DNA of 64,000 nt from Candidatus Moraniibacteriota bacterium (lineage in GTDB: Bacteria > Patescibacteriota > Minisyncoccia > Moranbacterales > GCA-2747515). The notes beneath the pieces were generated by a model. It had not been told where the DNA came from. It did no database searches and was given only the letters and a program-made list of their open reading frames with translations. The DNA lies in the NCBI GenBank assembly GCA_023133275.1, contig JAGLWU010000021.1, positions 1,341-65,340 on the forward strand. Direction: 5' to 3'. The position numbers and the translations under genes were made by a program. Below are positions 20,903 through 30,168 of the stretch, one piece after another (the first letter of the stretch is position 1; every line of letters begins with the position of its first letter).

Positions 20903-22483
20903 ATGGAAAAACCTAATTTCAAAAAAATGAGCAAATCAAAAATCACTAAAGTAATCGCAATAAGTTTCACTATAATTTTAGCAACTTCAATCATTTGGAA
21001 AATCCTAAATAAAAAAACCACCGAAACAAATATTGATTTATCTTTTGTCCAAAAAGTAGAAAATATCACGCCCCCAACTTTTCCAGATAATGTTTGTAAT
21101 GTTGTTGATTATGAAGCAGTTCCAAATCTTACAAAAACATTAGAAACGGCACAATATTTGTCATCAAAAGAACAATTTGAAAAAATGATAAAAGGAGCTA
21201 AAGAAGGAGAAAAGCAAAATTTTCAAGCATTTCAAAAAGCCGTAGAAGACTGCTCAAATAAAGGTGGCGGGACAGTAAAGATTCCGGCTGGTGAATGGAA
21301 AGTCGGCGGACCAATTCATTTGAAAAGCAATATTAATTTACATTTAGAAGAAAACGCCGTAATTTCATTTTCAAGCAATCCCGATGACTTTTTACCAGTT
21401 GTGAAAACTCGATATGCAGGTTTAGAGCTGTACAACTATTCCCCGATGATTTACGCACTAGATTGTGAAAATATTGCCATCACCGGAAAAGGAACGATCC
21501 GCGGAATTACTGAACCAAATAATTGGAAACCTTTTATAAAAAATAAAAAGAAGGCTGAAAAACGACTTTACAAAATGGCAAATAATAATATTCCGCTTGA
21601 AGAAAGGATTTTTGGAACTGTGGAAGATTCACTGCGACCATCAATGATTCAACCTTACAATTGCAATAATATTTTGATCGAAGGAATAAAAATTGAAGAA
21701 GGTCCGATGTGGACACTCCATGTACTTTACACAAATAATTTAATTATTCGTGATTTAAATATTGAAACAAGAAGCACAAACAACGACGGAATTGTTATAG
21801 ATTCCTCAACAAATGTTTTGATTGAAAATAATAATTTAGCGACTGGCGATGATGCGATTGCCATAAAATCTGGAAAAGATAGAGACGGCTGGCGAGTTGG
21901 AAAACCGTCAGAAAATATTGTAATCAGAAATAATAAAGTTACCGAAGCTCATGCTGGTGTAGCGATTGGTAGCGAGATGTCTGGTGATGTACGAAATGTT
22001 TTGATTGAAAATTTGAATGTTGAACAGGCTGATCGTGGCATTAGAATTAAAAGTCGAGTTGGGCGTGGTGGCACTGTAGAAAATATTCTTGTTCAAAATA
22101 GTATTATTAAAAATTCCGGAAGAAAAGAACCCCTTCAAATTAATTTTGATTACGGATCAAAATCTACCCAACCAAAAACTAAGAAAAAACCTGAAATTCG
22201 AAATGTCGAATTTAGAAATATTGAAATTGATAGTGATGCAGAAAATGCTATTGAAATTGTTGGACTTAAAAATCAAATGTCTTCTATTTTATTTAAAGAT
22301 ATTGAAATTAAAAATACTAATCAATTTGTAAGAGTTGATAATGCTGAATTTATTAAATTTGAAAATATTACTGGCGTTTTTTTCAAAATGAAGAATTCTG
22401 CCAATCTTGAAATTGTGAATGATGCTTGTCCAAAAGTTGAACAGGGAAAATCTGAAAATATTATTATTGACTGTAAAAAATAA
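20903..22483 (+). CDS. Glycoside hydrolase family 28, paralog of 4256..5833
   Basis: NNDG, GDD, AHA, RIK motifs; long near-identical blocks shared with 4256..5833. Confidence 0.9.
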   Translation: MEKPNFKKMSKSKITKVIAISFTIILATSIIWKILNKKTTETNIDLSFVQKVENITPPTFPDNVCNVVDYEAVPNLTKTLETAQYLSSKEQFEKMIKGAKEGEKQNFQAFQKAVEDCSNKGGGTVKIPAGEWKVGGPIHLKSNINLHLEENAVISFSSNPDDFLPVVKTRYAGLELYNYSPMIYALDCENIAITGKGTIRGITEPNNWKPFIKNKKKAEKRLYKMANNNIPLEERIFGTVEDSLRPSMIQPYNCNNILIEGIKIEEGPMWTLHVLYTNNLIIRDLNIETRSTNNDGIVIDSSTNVLIENNNLATGDDAIAIKSGKDRDGWRVGKPSENIVIRNNKVTEAHAGVAIGSEMSGDVRNVLIENLNVEQADRGIRIKSRVGRGGTVENILVQNSIIKNSGRKEPLQINFDYGSKSTQPKTKKKPEIRNVEFRNIEIDSDAENAIEIVGLKNQMSSILFKDIEIKNTNQFVRVDNAEFIKFENITGVFFKMKNSANLEIVNDACPKVEQGKSENIIIDCKK

Positions 22484-22637
22484 AGTTTAATTAAAATTTT
22501 AAAAATATAGATTTTAACAAAAAGTCTGAAACTAAAAAAATTATAAACTTATCAAAAAAGTTTTTAAATAAACTAATATTCCCCATCAAATTATCTTATT
22601 GATTGCAGAAAAATTTATTGGATTTTCTAAATTAAAT

Positions 22638-24443
22638 TTATTCAACTTTGTAAATCAAAAAAGAAGTTCCAACTTGAGCAATCGGTTTATACTTTAAAGT
22701 CCAACGATAAGAATTATCATCTGACAGTTCCGAATTATAAATAGAGCCTTGAAGATGATTCACAGAAATAGCATAGTAACCTTTTTCAATCGGACGTTTA
22801 GAATCCCACCACTCAATAAATCTATCCTCGCCTAATCTATTACTTGGTCGATCACCACCAAAATAATGCACATGAATTTTATCAATTTCAGGATGTTCAT
22901 TTAAATATTTTTCAAGTCGTTTCAAGTCTTGCCCCCAATCAGCATTCGAATCAGTCATAATTTTATAACCATTTTTCGGACCGCCAACTGTTTGATTAAA
23001 ATAAGAAATATAATAAGGATAAGCCCAAATCACCTCAGTAATCATTAGCGAAATCATAGCAATAAAAACATAACGAATAGCAATAATTCCCTTTCCATTG
23101 ATTAACTTACTATAAATATTTACACAAACTCTGGCGGTAATTAAATAAATTAAAGGCATTATCGGAAATAAATGACGAAAACCAATATTTAAATTTCCCG
23201 TGATTGAAATGTAAAGATAAAAAATAATAAATAAAATAAGAGAAATTTCGGTAAAATTATGTAAGATATATTTTCGTCCGCCACTCAATGATTTTGTAAT
23301 TTTTTGCGAAAAAAGTTTTAAAATATCTTGATAAATTAAAATCAAGAAAGTGCTAATGGCAAAAACATAAAAGAAAAGATGAAATAATGTCTGTTTTGTT
23401 ATAAAAGCAACAGGAAAATAAGTAGGAAAAGATTGGTTAGCAACTTGTCCCATAAAATATGCACCATTGCCTCCAGCTACTCTATTTTTTACATACATAA
23501 CGCCGTACACATAAGTTCCCAACGATCGAGTAAGTGAATTTTTGTTTGTTAAAATTATAAAATTAAATGCTTGTTGATCAATAATTCCATCATCAGGATT
23601 TATTTTTGCGGGTGTGAGAGTGGAGAGAACTTCCGTCGGCATATTGTAAGTAAATGGAATATAAGTAAGCCAAATTACAAAAAATATAGTAAATCCTATC
23701 AAAATACTTTTCTTAAAATAATTCAAAATAAAACGAAATTTGTGATTTTCTATTTCAAATAATTTAAAAATTATAAAAGTAATCAGTAATAATACAAAAA
23801 ATATAACAAGAAGTATTGCTGAAAATTTTGTAATTTGGGCGATTCCTAGAGTGAGTCCAGTCAAGAAAGCATTTTTCCAGCTAGGATGCCGAACGAAAGA
23901 TAAAAAGAAATAAAAAGCAAAAACCATTGCAGCTGCAATTCCGATGTCAGTGGTAACTAAATGATTATGTCCTAAAATATTTGGATCGAAAACACAAAGC
24001 AAAAGTGCAAAAATCCCTGTGGCTGTTCCGCCAATTTTTTTACCCCATTGAAAAAGTAGAAGAGCAAGTCCGATTGAAATTAAAATAATTGGCAAACGAG
24101 CGAAAAAAGTAATTTGATCGACATTATTTCCTACTTCGTGAAGGAGGTGATGTCCGGCTTGCCATTGTTTGTATTCTCCCCACTGATTAGTTTCGTTCCA
24201 TAAATTTTGGCTAGTTTCAAAGTTTAAATTTAAAAATAATAATGGAATTCCTGAAAGAACTTTGACTAATGGTGGATGTTCAGGATTTAATCGGTAGTCG
24301 AATTCTGAAACGTAACTGTATCCAGCGGGAATGTGAGCGACTTCATCAAAAGTTAGTGAATCGTCGTTGGCTAATTTTACTGAAACGATTGTTAAAAAAA
24401 GTATTGCGAGAGTGATAATTATTTTATAATGCTTAGTGAACAT
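22638..24443 (-). CDS. GT-C (ArnT/PMT_2-like) glycosyltransferase
   Basis: TFDEVAH, NPEHPPL, DSNADWGQDL. Start moved to MFTKH (24443) because the longer start crosses a terminator. Confidence 0.82.
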   Translation of the reverse strand: MFTKHYKIIITLAILFLTIVSVKLANDDSLTFDEVAHIPAGYSYVSEFDYRLNPEHPPLVKVLSGIPLLFLNLNFETSQNLWNETNQWGEYKQWQAGHHLLHEVGNNVDQITFFARLPIILISIGLALLLFQWGKKIGGTATGIFALLLCVFDPNILGHNHLVTTDIGIAAAMVFAFYFFLSFVRHPSWKNAFLTGLTLGIAQITKFSAILLVIFFVLLLITFIIFKLFEIENHKFRFILNYFKKSILIGFTIFFVIWLTYIPFTYNMPTEVLSTLTPAKINPDDGIIDQQAFNFIILTNKNSLTRSLGTYVYGVMYVKNRVAGGNGAYFMGQVANQSFPTYFPVAFITKQTLFHLFFYVFAISTFLILIYQDILKLFSQKITKSLSGGRKYILHNFTEISLILFIIFYLYISITGNLNIGFRHLFPIMPLIYLITARVCVNIYSKLINGKGIIAIRYVFIAMISLMITEVIWAYPYYISYFNQTVGGPKNGYKIMTDSNADWGQDLKRLEKYLNEHPEIDKIHVHYFGGDRPSNRLGEDRFIEWWDSKRPIEKGYYAISVNHLQGSIYNSELSDDNSYRWTLKYKPIAQVGTSFLIYKVE

Positions 24444-24506
24444 ATTTTTGTTATTTTTTATTTTGTTAGTTTTAATTTGTAATTTAATTATAACATTGTT
24501 TTTTGT

Positions 24507-24552
24507 AAAAATAAAAATCCGTGCCAGCGATGGTTCCGCCAGCACAGATTTT
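24507..24552 (-). terminator. Intrinsic terminator of the small Zn-ribbon gene
   Basis: AAAATCTGTGCTGGCG-7 nt-CGCTGGCACGGATTTT (with GU pairs), then a T-rich tail. Confidence 0.75.
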
Positions 24553-24747
24553 TTACCATATTTCTTCATTCCCATCTTCTGCGTTTACGCTACGTTTACG
24601 TTCATAACATACAGGACATATTTTTGTTTGAGGGATTTCTCCTCCCAAAAATATTCCCTCACATTTAGGACAAGTATAACTCGTAGCAGGTAACTCCTGA
24701 AAATACCCCCACCAAGTTACAGTCTCGCCTTTTTTATTTTTATACAA
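24553..24747 (-). CDS. Small CxxC..CxxC Zn-ribbon protein downstream of a Trp attenuator
   Basis: AGGAG SD, TTG start; CPKC...CPVC. Confidence 0.7.
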   Translation of the reverse strand: MYKNKKGETVTWWGYFQELPATSYTCPKCEGIFLGGEIPQTKICPVCYERKRSVNAEDGNEEIW

Positions 24748-24787
24748 AATTTTATCTCCTATAATTTATAAATAAAAAAACATAAAC

Positions 24788-24961
24788 AAAAAAACCGATC
24801 GATATCGGCTTATATTTACTAACAAGAAGTTTTAAAAAAGTATTTTTACAAACAAAAACAAGCCGACCTCTGATATGATCGCCACCACCAAACTTGTTTA
24901 TCAATTGTCTGTTTATTCAAATTCATAATACCATCATACACAACAAAAAAAATCTCGTCAA
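24788..24961 (-). promoter_or_regulatory. Promoter plus ribosome-mediated Trp attenuator
   Basis: TTGACG(24961-24956)-17-TATGAT(24938-24933); WWW leader; GTCGGCTT can pair with AAGCCGAT; terminator AAGCCGAT-atcg-ATCGGTTT-TTTT at 24811-24788. Confidence 0.75.
24846..24926 (-). CDS. Leaderless 26-aa Trp leader peptide MNLNKQTIDKQVWWWRSYQRSACFCL
   Basis: ATG lies 6 nt downstream of the -10 box; three tandem TGG codons at 24890-24882. Confidence 0.7.
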   Translation of the reverse strand: MNLNKQTIDKQVWWWRSYQRSACFCL

Positions 24962-24973
24962 CCCAACATAAAC

Positions 24974-25007
24974 AAAAAAAGACTGATCTCCCGCTTGAGA
25001 CCAGCCT
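24974..25007 (-). terminator. Intrinsic terminator after 25052..25378
   Basis: GGCTGGTCTC-aagcgg-GAGATCAGTC followed by T7. Confidence 0.8.
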
Positions 25008-25051
25008 ATTTTTACCAATAAAAAACAATAATCATTTTTTACAAACAACCT

Positions 25052-25378
25052 CTAGCCCCTACTAAAAACTAATCTCTCCAATTTAATCATTCTTTTTTCA
25101 AGAGCATTAAACTCATCTCGATCAACCTTTTCCGACAATTTATGTTTAATCTCAGTAACATCTTCCTGCAAAACATCAACCTTCTCTTCAACATTACCCA
25201 ATCTATCTTTTACTTCCACCATATCAGTTTTTAAAATTGAAACATCTTTTTCAATATTATTCAAATGTCTATTAGTTATATCATTCTGATCAAAAGCAAG
25301 CTGAACTGTGCTAGTTAAAGCTTCAATCATAGATCCAACTTCATCAATATTATAAGTTTTTTTATTTTCTTTTTTCAT
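25052..25378 (-). CDS. Hypothetical coiled-coil protein
   Basis: Heptad-like VxxLKxDM/VEEKV repeats. Confidence 0.75.
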   Translation of the reverse strand: MKKENKKTYNIDEVGSMIEALTSTVQLAFDQNDITNRHLNNIEKDVSILKTDMVEVKDRLGNVEEKVDVLQEDVTEIKHKLSEKVDRDEFNALEKRMIKLERLVFSRG

Positions 25379-25527
25379 ATCTTTATTATAAAATATCTTA
25401 TAACTTATTTTATTTTCTCTTATGCTTATAATATACCTCTAATTAAAATAAAAGTCAAAAAAATAAAAGTAAATTTTAAAAATCTACTTTTATTTTCACA
25501 TTTCAATTGTATCTTTTTTACAAAAAA

Positions 25528-26559
25528 CTAAATTAAATGAGCTTTAATCATCAAACGCCTATCATTCGTACCAAGTGGCCAACAAGTCGTCAACGTCAAA
25601 ACCTGCAATTGAGTATTAGCAAAGATACGCGGATCATCATCATTAACTTCAAGCTTTTCACTCACCTCATATTCATAATTAAAAGTCTTTCCATTTTTTT
25701 GCGTAACCGTAAGCGTAATTTTATCACCAACATTTAAATTATTTAAATTTTGAAAAATAAAATTATAACTTCCTGCTGACCAAGAATAATTACTACTGTG
25801 CCCTGCAATGTAAGTATTTCCACGTTGACCCGGCATCGCTGTTTTCGGATAATGAACAACGCCACCCTCCAAATCTTTTTGCAAAGCATCCTCTGAACCA
25901 TCATTCGATAAAATCACAGGAGCATCAATACCAATTTTTTTAATTTTAATTTCCACTTTTGGACGTACAGTACCCAAAGCCACTGGATCATAACCATTTT
26001 CAATTTCAGTTAAATCATCGTAACCATCACCGTCTGTATCAGCTTTATTTGGATCAGTGCCATGAGCTTTTTCCAAATCATTACTCAAACCATCATTATC
26101 AAAATCATCTTCATTACGATTTTCGTCATCCAATTTTACAGTTAAACTTTCACTAGATTTTTCATCTTTAACTATTTGAGCATCATCTAATTTTCCATCT
26201 CCAGTTGGAGAATTTCCATTAACAATTTCTTCGCCATCTTTATACCCATCGCCGTCAGTGTCGTCGCTAAATGGATTGGTTAAATATAAATATTCTTGTT
26301 CCAAAGTTAATCCATCATTATCTGCATCAGCCTGTGCGTCTTCCATTGAACTAATTGAAATTTGATAACGATCTAACCAATACGGTGAAATACCAAAATT
26401 TTGTTCAGCTAATTTATCCATCAGTTGAGTTGTCGTTATAGTTGTTTTTTTGTCTGTTTTCATCAAATTCTGCATCCGAGTGATTCCGCCTCCGAAAATA
26501 AAATACATTAAACTGAATACTATGATGAAAATTATAATTGTTGGTAAATATTTTTTCAT
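25528..26559 (-). CDS. Sortase with DxDxDG Ca-binding repeats
   Basis: AGHSS and LTLTTCWP..R catalytic motifs; DTDGDGY repeats; N-terminal TM. Confidence 0.9.
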   Translation of the reverse strand: MKKYLPTIIIFIIVFSLMYFIFGGGITRMQNLMKTDKKTTITTTQLMDKLAEQNFGISPYWLDRYQISISSMEDAQADADNDGLTLEQEYLYLTNPFSDDTDGDGYKDGEEIVNGNSPTGDGKLDDAQIVKDEKSSESLTVKLDDENRNEDDFDNDGLSNDLEKAHGTDPNKADTDGDGYDDLTEIENGYDPVALGTVRPKVEIKIKKIGIDAPVILSNDGSEDALQKDLEGGVVHYPKTAMPGQRGNTYIAGHSSNYSWSAGSYNFIFQNLNNLNVGDKITLTVTQKNGKTFNYEYEVSEKLEVNDDDPRIFANTQLQVLTLTTCWPLGTNDRRLMIKAHLI

Positions 26560-26595
26560 TTAAAATAGTTATTGGTTTTTTAATACTAACCGTAA

Positions 26596-26624
26596 ACTAT
26601 AGCATTTTAAATGTTGTTTGTCAA
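26596..26624 (-). promoter_or_regulatory. Sigma70-type promoter for the sortase gene
   Basis: TTGACA-17-TATAGT with extended TGn. Confidence 0.65.
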
Positions 26625-26748
26625 TAGGTGTATAATTTTAGTTTCATCTCGCTATCATTATGCTCGAAATACTAATATAAAAAGTTTTTAAGAAATCTGC
26701 TTAACTAAATTACAATTTTTTTGTCAAAGAAAATTTTTAGATTTTTTT

Positions 26749-26900
26749 GTGCTCGTCGCACGGGCTTTTGAGGTTTGCCAATGGCAAACCACTACAGATT
26801 TTTAAACTCCCTCAGACATATCATTCCAGAAAATAACTTTATAATAAAATGGAAAAATTATTTATCCGAAATCTATATTTTAAGATTTAAGAAAATTTAA
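26749..26900 (+). repeat. Composite repeat: family A + GTAG-type palindrome + TCATTCC..ATCCGAAATCT element
   Basis: GTGCTCGTCGCACGGGCTTTT and GGTTTGCCAATGGCAAACCACTAC; 26820-26900 resembles 45510-45605. Confidence 0.75.
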
Positions 26901-27008
26901 AGCATAACATTCTTTCAGAATAACACACTAAAAAAATTTTGAAAAATCACAATCACTACCAAATATCTCAAATAAAGAAATTGAAAATAGTTAAGTCAAT
27001 GATCAAAT

Positions 27009-28157
27009 TTATTCCTCTTTTTTAAAAGTCAAAAGAAAAAGCCCAACAATTATTGCTCCCACGAAAATAATCAAAGTCATTGGCAACCAAGAATGTCTTG
27101 CAAAAAATCGATTTTCTTCTTCATCGCAAACATCTCCAATGCCGTCGACATCTTCATCTTTCTGATAACGATTTGGATTATTTGGACAATTGTCATCAGG
27201 ATTCAAAACCCCATCACGATCAAAATCATCACACGCATCTCCCCGATCATTTCCATCAATATCCTTCTGATTTTCATTAGCAATTAAAACGCAATTATCA
27301 ATTTCATCTGAAATACCATCCTCGTCAGAATCCGCTTTTTTGTAAATAGAATTTAAATTAATGGTAACATTATTAATTTTCAAAATATCTTTATTACTTC
27401 GCAAATTTGGCATTTCACCAGTTTCAACTTTTGTATAAATATCCGCATTGTAATAAATACTGTAAGACTTTTCAGAATAAGCTAAAAACCTAACAGATTT
27501 ATTAACTTGCTGTAAATCAGTCGGATTAAAACTTATTTCTCTAATTCGCAAAGGTTGCGAGTACTCTAATTCAATCTTAAAATCTTTTGCAAATACTTTT
27601 GGAAAATTAATTGTACTAGATTTCATCGGAGATTTAGCAAAAATAATTTTTTCAGCTTGACTTTCCTTGTCGTAAATAGAAATTTTAATCGTCTTTGGTA
27701 AAGCAACATATTTGTCAAAATTAAAAGTCAATGAAAAAGTTGAGACATTCTTGTCCGCAGAAATATTTATAGAAACTTTACTAATTTGTCCATCATCAGA
27801 AACAGAATATTCTTCAAAAGTATCTTTATTCTCATCCACTAATTGTGAATCATATTTACTTTTAAAATTAACTTTTTTAACTTCGCTTTTGGAAATAACT
27901 AAACTTGGCACAAATGAATTATCTGAATCATCCACTGTTGCCACGCTATTTAAAATTTCTTTTTCAAAATTTATCGGAACTTCTACCACTGTTGGCACTT
28001 TGATATTTTGTTTTGAAACACTTATTACAGATTGAAAAGATTCTAACGAATTTTCCTCCACTTTTTTATCATTAACATCACTTTTTTTATTTTCAGCTAA
28101 AACCAATGAACTGAAACTAAAAAATATCAACAAAAAACCTAAAAAAATTTTATTCAT
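27009..28157 (-). CDS. Surface protein with thrombospondin type-3 repeats, signal peptide and C-terminal TM
   Basis: DNC...NxxQxDxDxDGxGDxCD repeats. Confidence 0.85.
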   Translation of the reverse strand: MNKIFLGFLLIFFSFSSLVLAENKKSDVNDKKVEENSLESFQSVISVSKQNIKVPTVVEVPINFEKEILNSVATVDDSDNSFVPSLVISKSEVKKVNFKSKYDSQLVDENKDTFEEYSVSDDGQISKVSINISADKNVSTFSLTFNFDKYVALPKTIKISIYDKESQAEKIIFAKSPMKSSTINFPKVFAKDFKIELEYSQPLRIREISFNPTDLQQVNKSVRFLAYSEKSYSIYYNADIYTKVETGEMPNLRSNKDILKINNVTINLNSIYKKADSDEDGISDEIDNCVLIANENQKDIDGNDRGDACDDFDRDGVLNPDDNCPNNPNRYQKDEDVDGIGDVCDEEENRFFARHSWLPMTLIIFVGAIIVGLFLLTFKKEE

Positions 28158-28198
28158 AAAAACGTAAATTTAAATTTTATAGCTACACAAATTTTTAT

Positions 28199-30076
28199 TT
28201 ATTTCTTTTTTCTCTCCAAAAAAACTGTGCTAATCAATAATCCACCGACAATAAATAATGTGATAATTCTCTGCACAATATCCATCTCCCAAAATTCCAC
28301 AAAGAATACTCGGGCAATCACAATTGCAAACAATAAATCTCCCACAATTCTCAAAGCCATATTACCACCTGTCTTTCCAACAACATAAAAATAAATTCCA
28401 ACTAAAGTATAAATAATCAAAGAAATCATTATGGCGATTTCAGTATTTATGTTAAAAGATAGACAAATTAAATGTGCCACGATCCAAACTAAAACAGTCG
28501 CATACATTCCTCCAATCGCCAAAAATGTTCGCAAAACAAATCTTTGTTCGATAGAAATTGACTTATTTTTTCTGGCTGAAAAATATAATATACTAATTCC
28601 AATTAAAAACGTTGCCAAACAAATATAAAATACTACAAATAAATTTTCAGAATTATTTAAATGACTACTTACAGTAGGTGTTGGTTCTTTAATTACAGCT
28701 ATATATTCAAACAATTCTGCAACATTGATTAAAGACATCACCGCTGGAATTCCAAAAATTAAAACGCTGGAAAAATTAATTGAAGGCAACTTTTTACTAA
28801 ATGATAAAGCTATCCAAAAGATAATTACTAACGTAAATTCTGTAATCAAAGCAATAGTTAATGCAAAACCTTCTAATTCAATTGCTGTTGCCGTTGCTAA
28901 TAAAGTTAACGAAACAACTGAATACATTGAAACAGGATGACGTGAAGCGGAAAATTTGTATAAAACGAAAGAACCAACTGCGAAAATAAATGCTCCCAGC
29001 AAAACAAACATACTTATCAAATCTTTAGGAGCTACCATGCCCATCCACATCAAGAATAATAAACCCGTCCCAGCTGAAACAAATAAGTCAGCAAAAGTAA
29101 TTTTTTTGGATGACATTAAAGCAACTACGTTTGCAAAATAGAAAACTGCTGTAAATATAAAAGAAAAAACTAAATTGATAGTATCCCTGTCAAATCCTTT
29201 AACTACATAAAAAATCAAAGAATAAATAGTTACTACAAAAAGTGAAATCACTGTTAAAGTTCGCCACTTAGTTTTATAAACTGTCCATAAAGTTCCTGAA
29301 GTCAAAACGAAAAGATAAAGAAAAAATGTATTTATTTCAATCTTACCTAAAACAAAAACCGGAACGATTGCCCCTAAAAGATAAGTTACCACGCCGAAAG
29401 AAAGATTTTTTTGTTTCATCGACATAGCTGCTAAAAATGTCACCACTAAAAGTGAAACTACAAGTGCCGCCTCCACAGGAAAAAGCTCATAAATTACTAC
29501 ACCTGAAATATTTGCCACTAAAACAGAAATGCCTCCGACAATCATTAATACATTTCCTTGGACTTTACTTTTGAACGAACGAAATGCTCCGATAATTAAA
29601 AGTACAATTCCAAAAAGCAATCCTAGAAAAATCCTTCCCTCTGGACTAATCCAATCATTTCGAAAAGTGTAAGACACAAACCAACCGATTGCCGAAATTA
29701 CCAAAAAAGCCCCGACTTTCATTGGCCAATCTTTCGCCAGCCAAATGAAAAACTTTGTGATAAAATCTTCTTCATATTTTTTCTCCACAAAATTATTTTC
29801 AGTTTCAAGACTCTTTTTAAGATTTTGTTGGATTTCGTGATATTCATCTTTTCCCTCATTAAATCCATCGCTAGAAATTGGTCGAGAAAGAAAACCTTTT
29901 TCAATATTAACGGGCTTCGTGAAATCTGAAATATTTTTAGTAGACATTTTACTTTCCGCAAAATTTTTTGCTTGTTTTTTAATTAAACTTTCTAGCTTAT
30001 CTATTCTGTTATTTAAATTAGTATAAATTATGATTATCATTACACTAACCATAATTACCAATATTACTCCAATCAT
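28199..30076 (-). CDS. DUF2339-like polytopic membrane protein
   Basis: W.MKVGA..IGWFVSY...WISPEGRI..G and terminal RIITLFIVGGLLI. Confidence 0.75.
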   Translation of the reverse strand: MIGVILVIMVSVMIIIIYTNLNNRIDKLESLIKKQAKNFAESKMSTKNISDFTKPVNIEKGFLSRPISSDGFNEGKDEYHEIQQNLKKSLETENNFVEKKYEEDFITKFFIWLAKDWPMKVGAFLVISAIGWFVSYTFRNDWISPEGRIFLGLLFGIVLLIIGAFRSFKSKVQGNVLMIVGGISVLVANISGVVIYELFPVEAALVVSLLVVTFLAAMSMKQKNLSFGVVTYLLGAIVPVFVLGKIEINTFFLYLFVLTSGTLWTVYKTKWRTLTVISLFVVTIYSLIFYVVKGFDRDTINLVFSFIFTAVFYFANVVALMSSKKITFADLFVSAGTGLLFLMWMGMVAPKDLISMFVLLGAFIFAVGSFVLYKFSASRHPVSMYSVVSLTLLATATAIELEGFALTIALITEFTLVIIFWIALSFSKKLPSINFSSVLIFGIPAVMSLINVAELFEYIAVIKEPTPTVSSHLNNSENLFVVFYICLATFLIGISILYFSARKNKSISIEQRFVLRTFLAIGGMYATVLVWIVAHLICLSFNINTEIAIMISLIIYTLVGIYFYVVGKTGGNMALRIVGDLLFAIVIARVFFVEFWEMDIVQRIITLFIVGGLLISTVFLERKKK

Positions 30077-30168
30077 ATTTTGTTATTTATTATAATTAAA
30101 TTTTTTTATACTGTTCATCACACACTTAAAATGATTTAAAAAAACATACAAAAATAAAATTTAAAAAA

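Noticed and set aside
24444-24575. Longer start for the GT-C gene 22638..24575
   Set aside because: It runs through a terminator and the end of the upstream Zn-ribbon gene.
24927-25028. 60-aa version of the leader ORF
   Set aside because: The upstream part spans a terminator and the promoter; only the portion from ATG 24926 would be transcribed.
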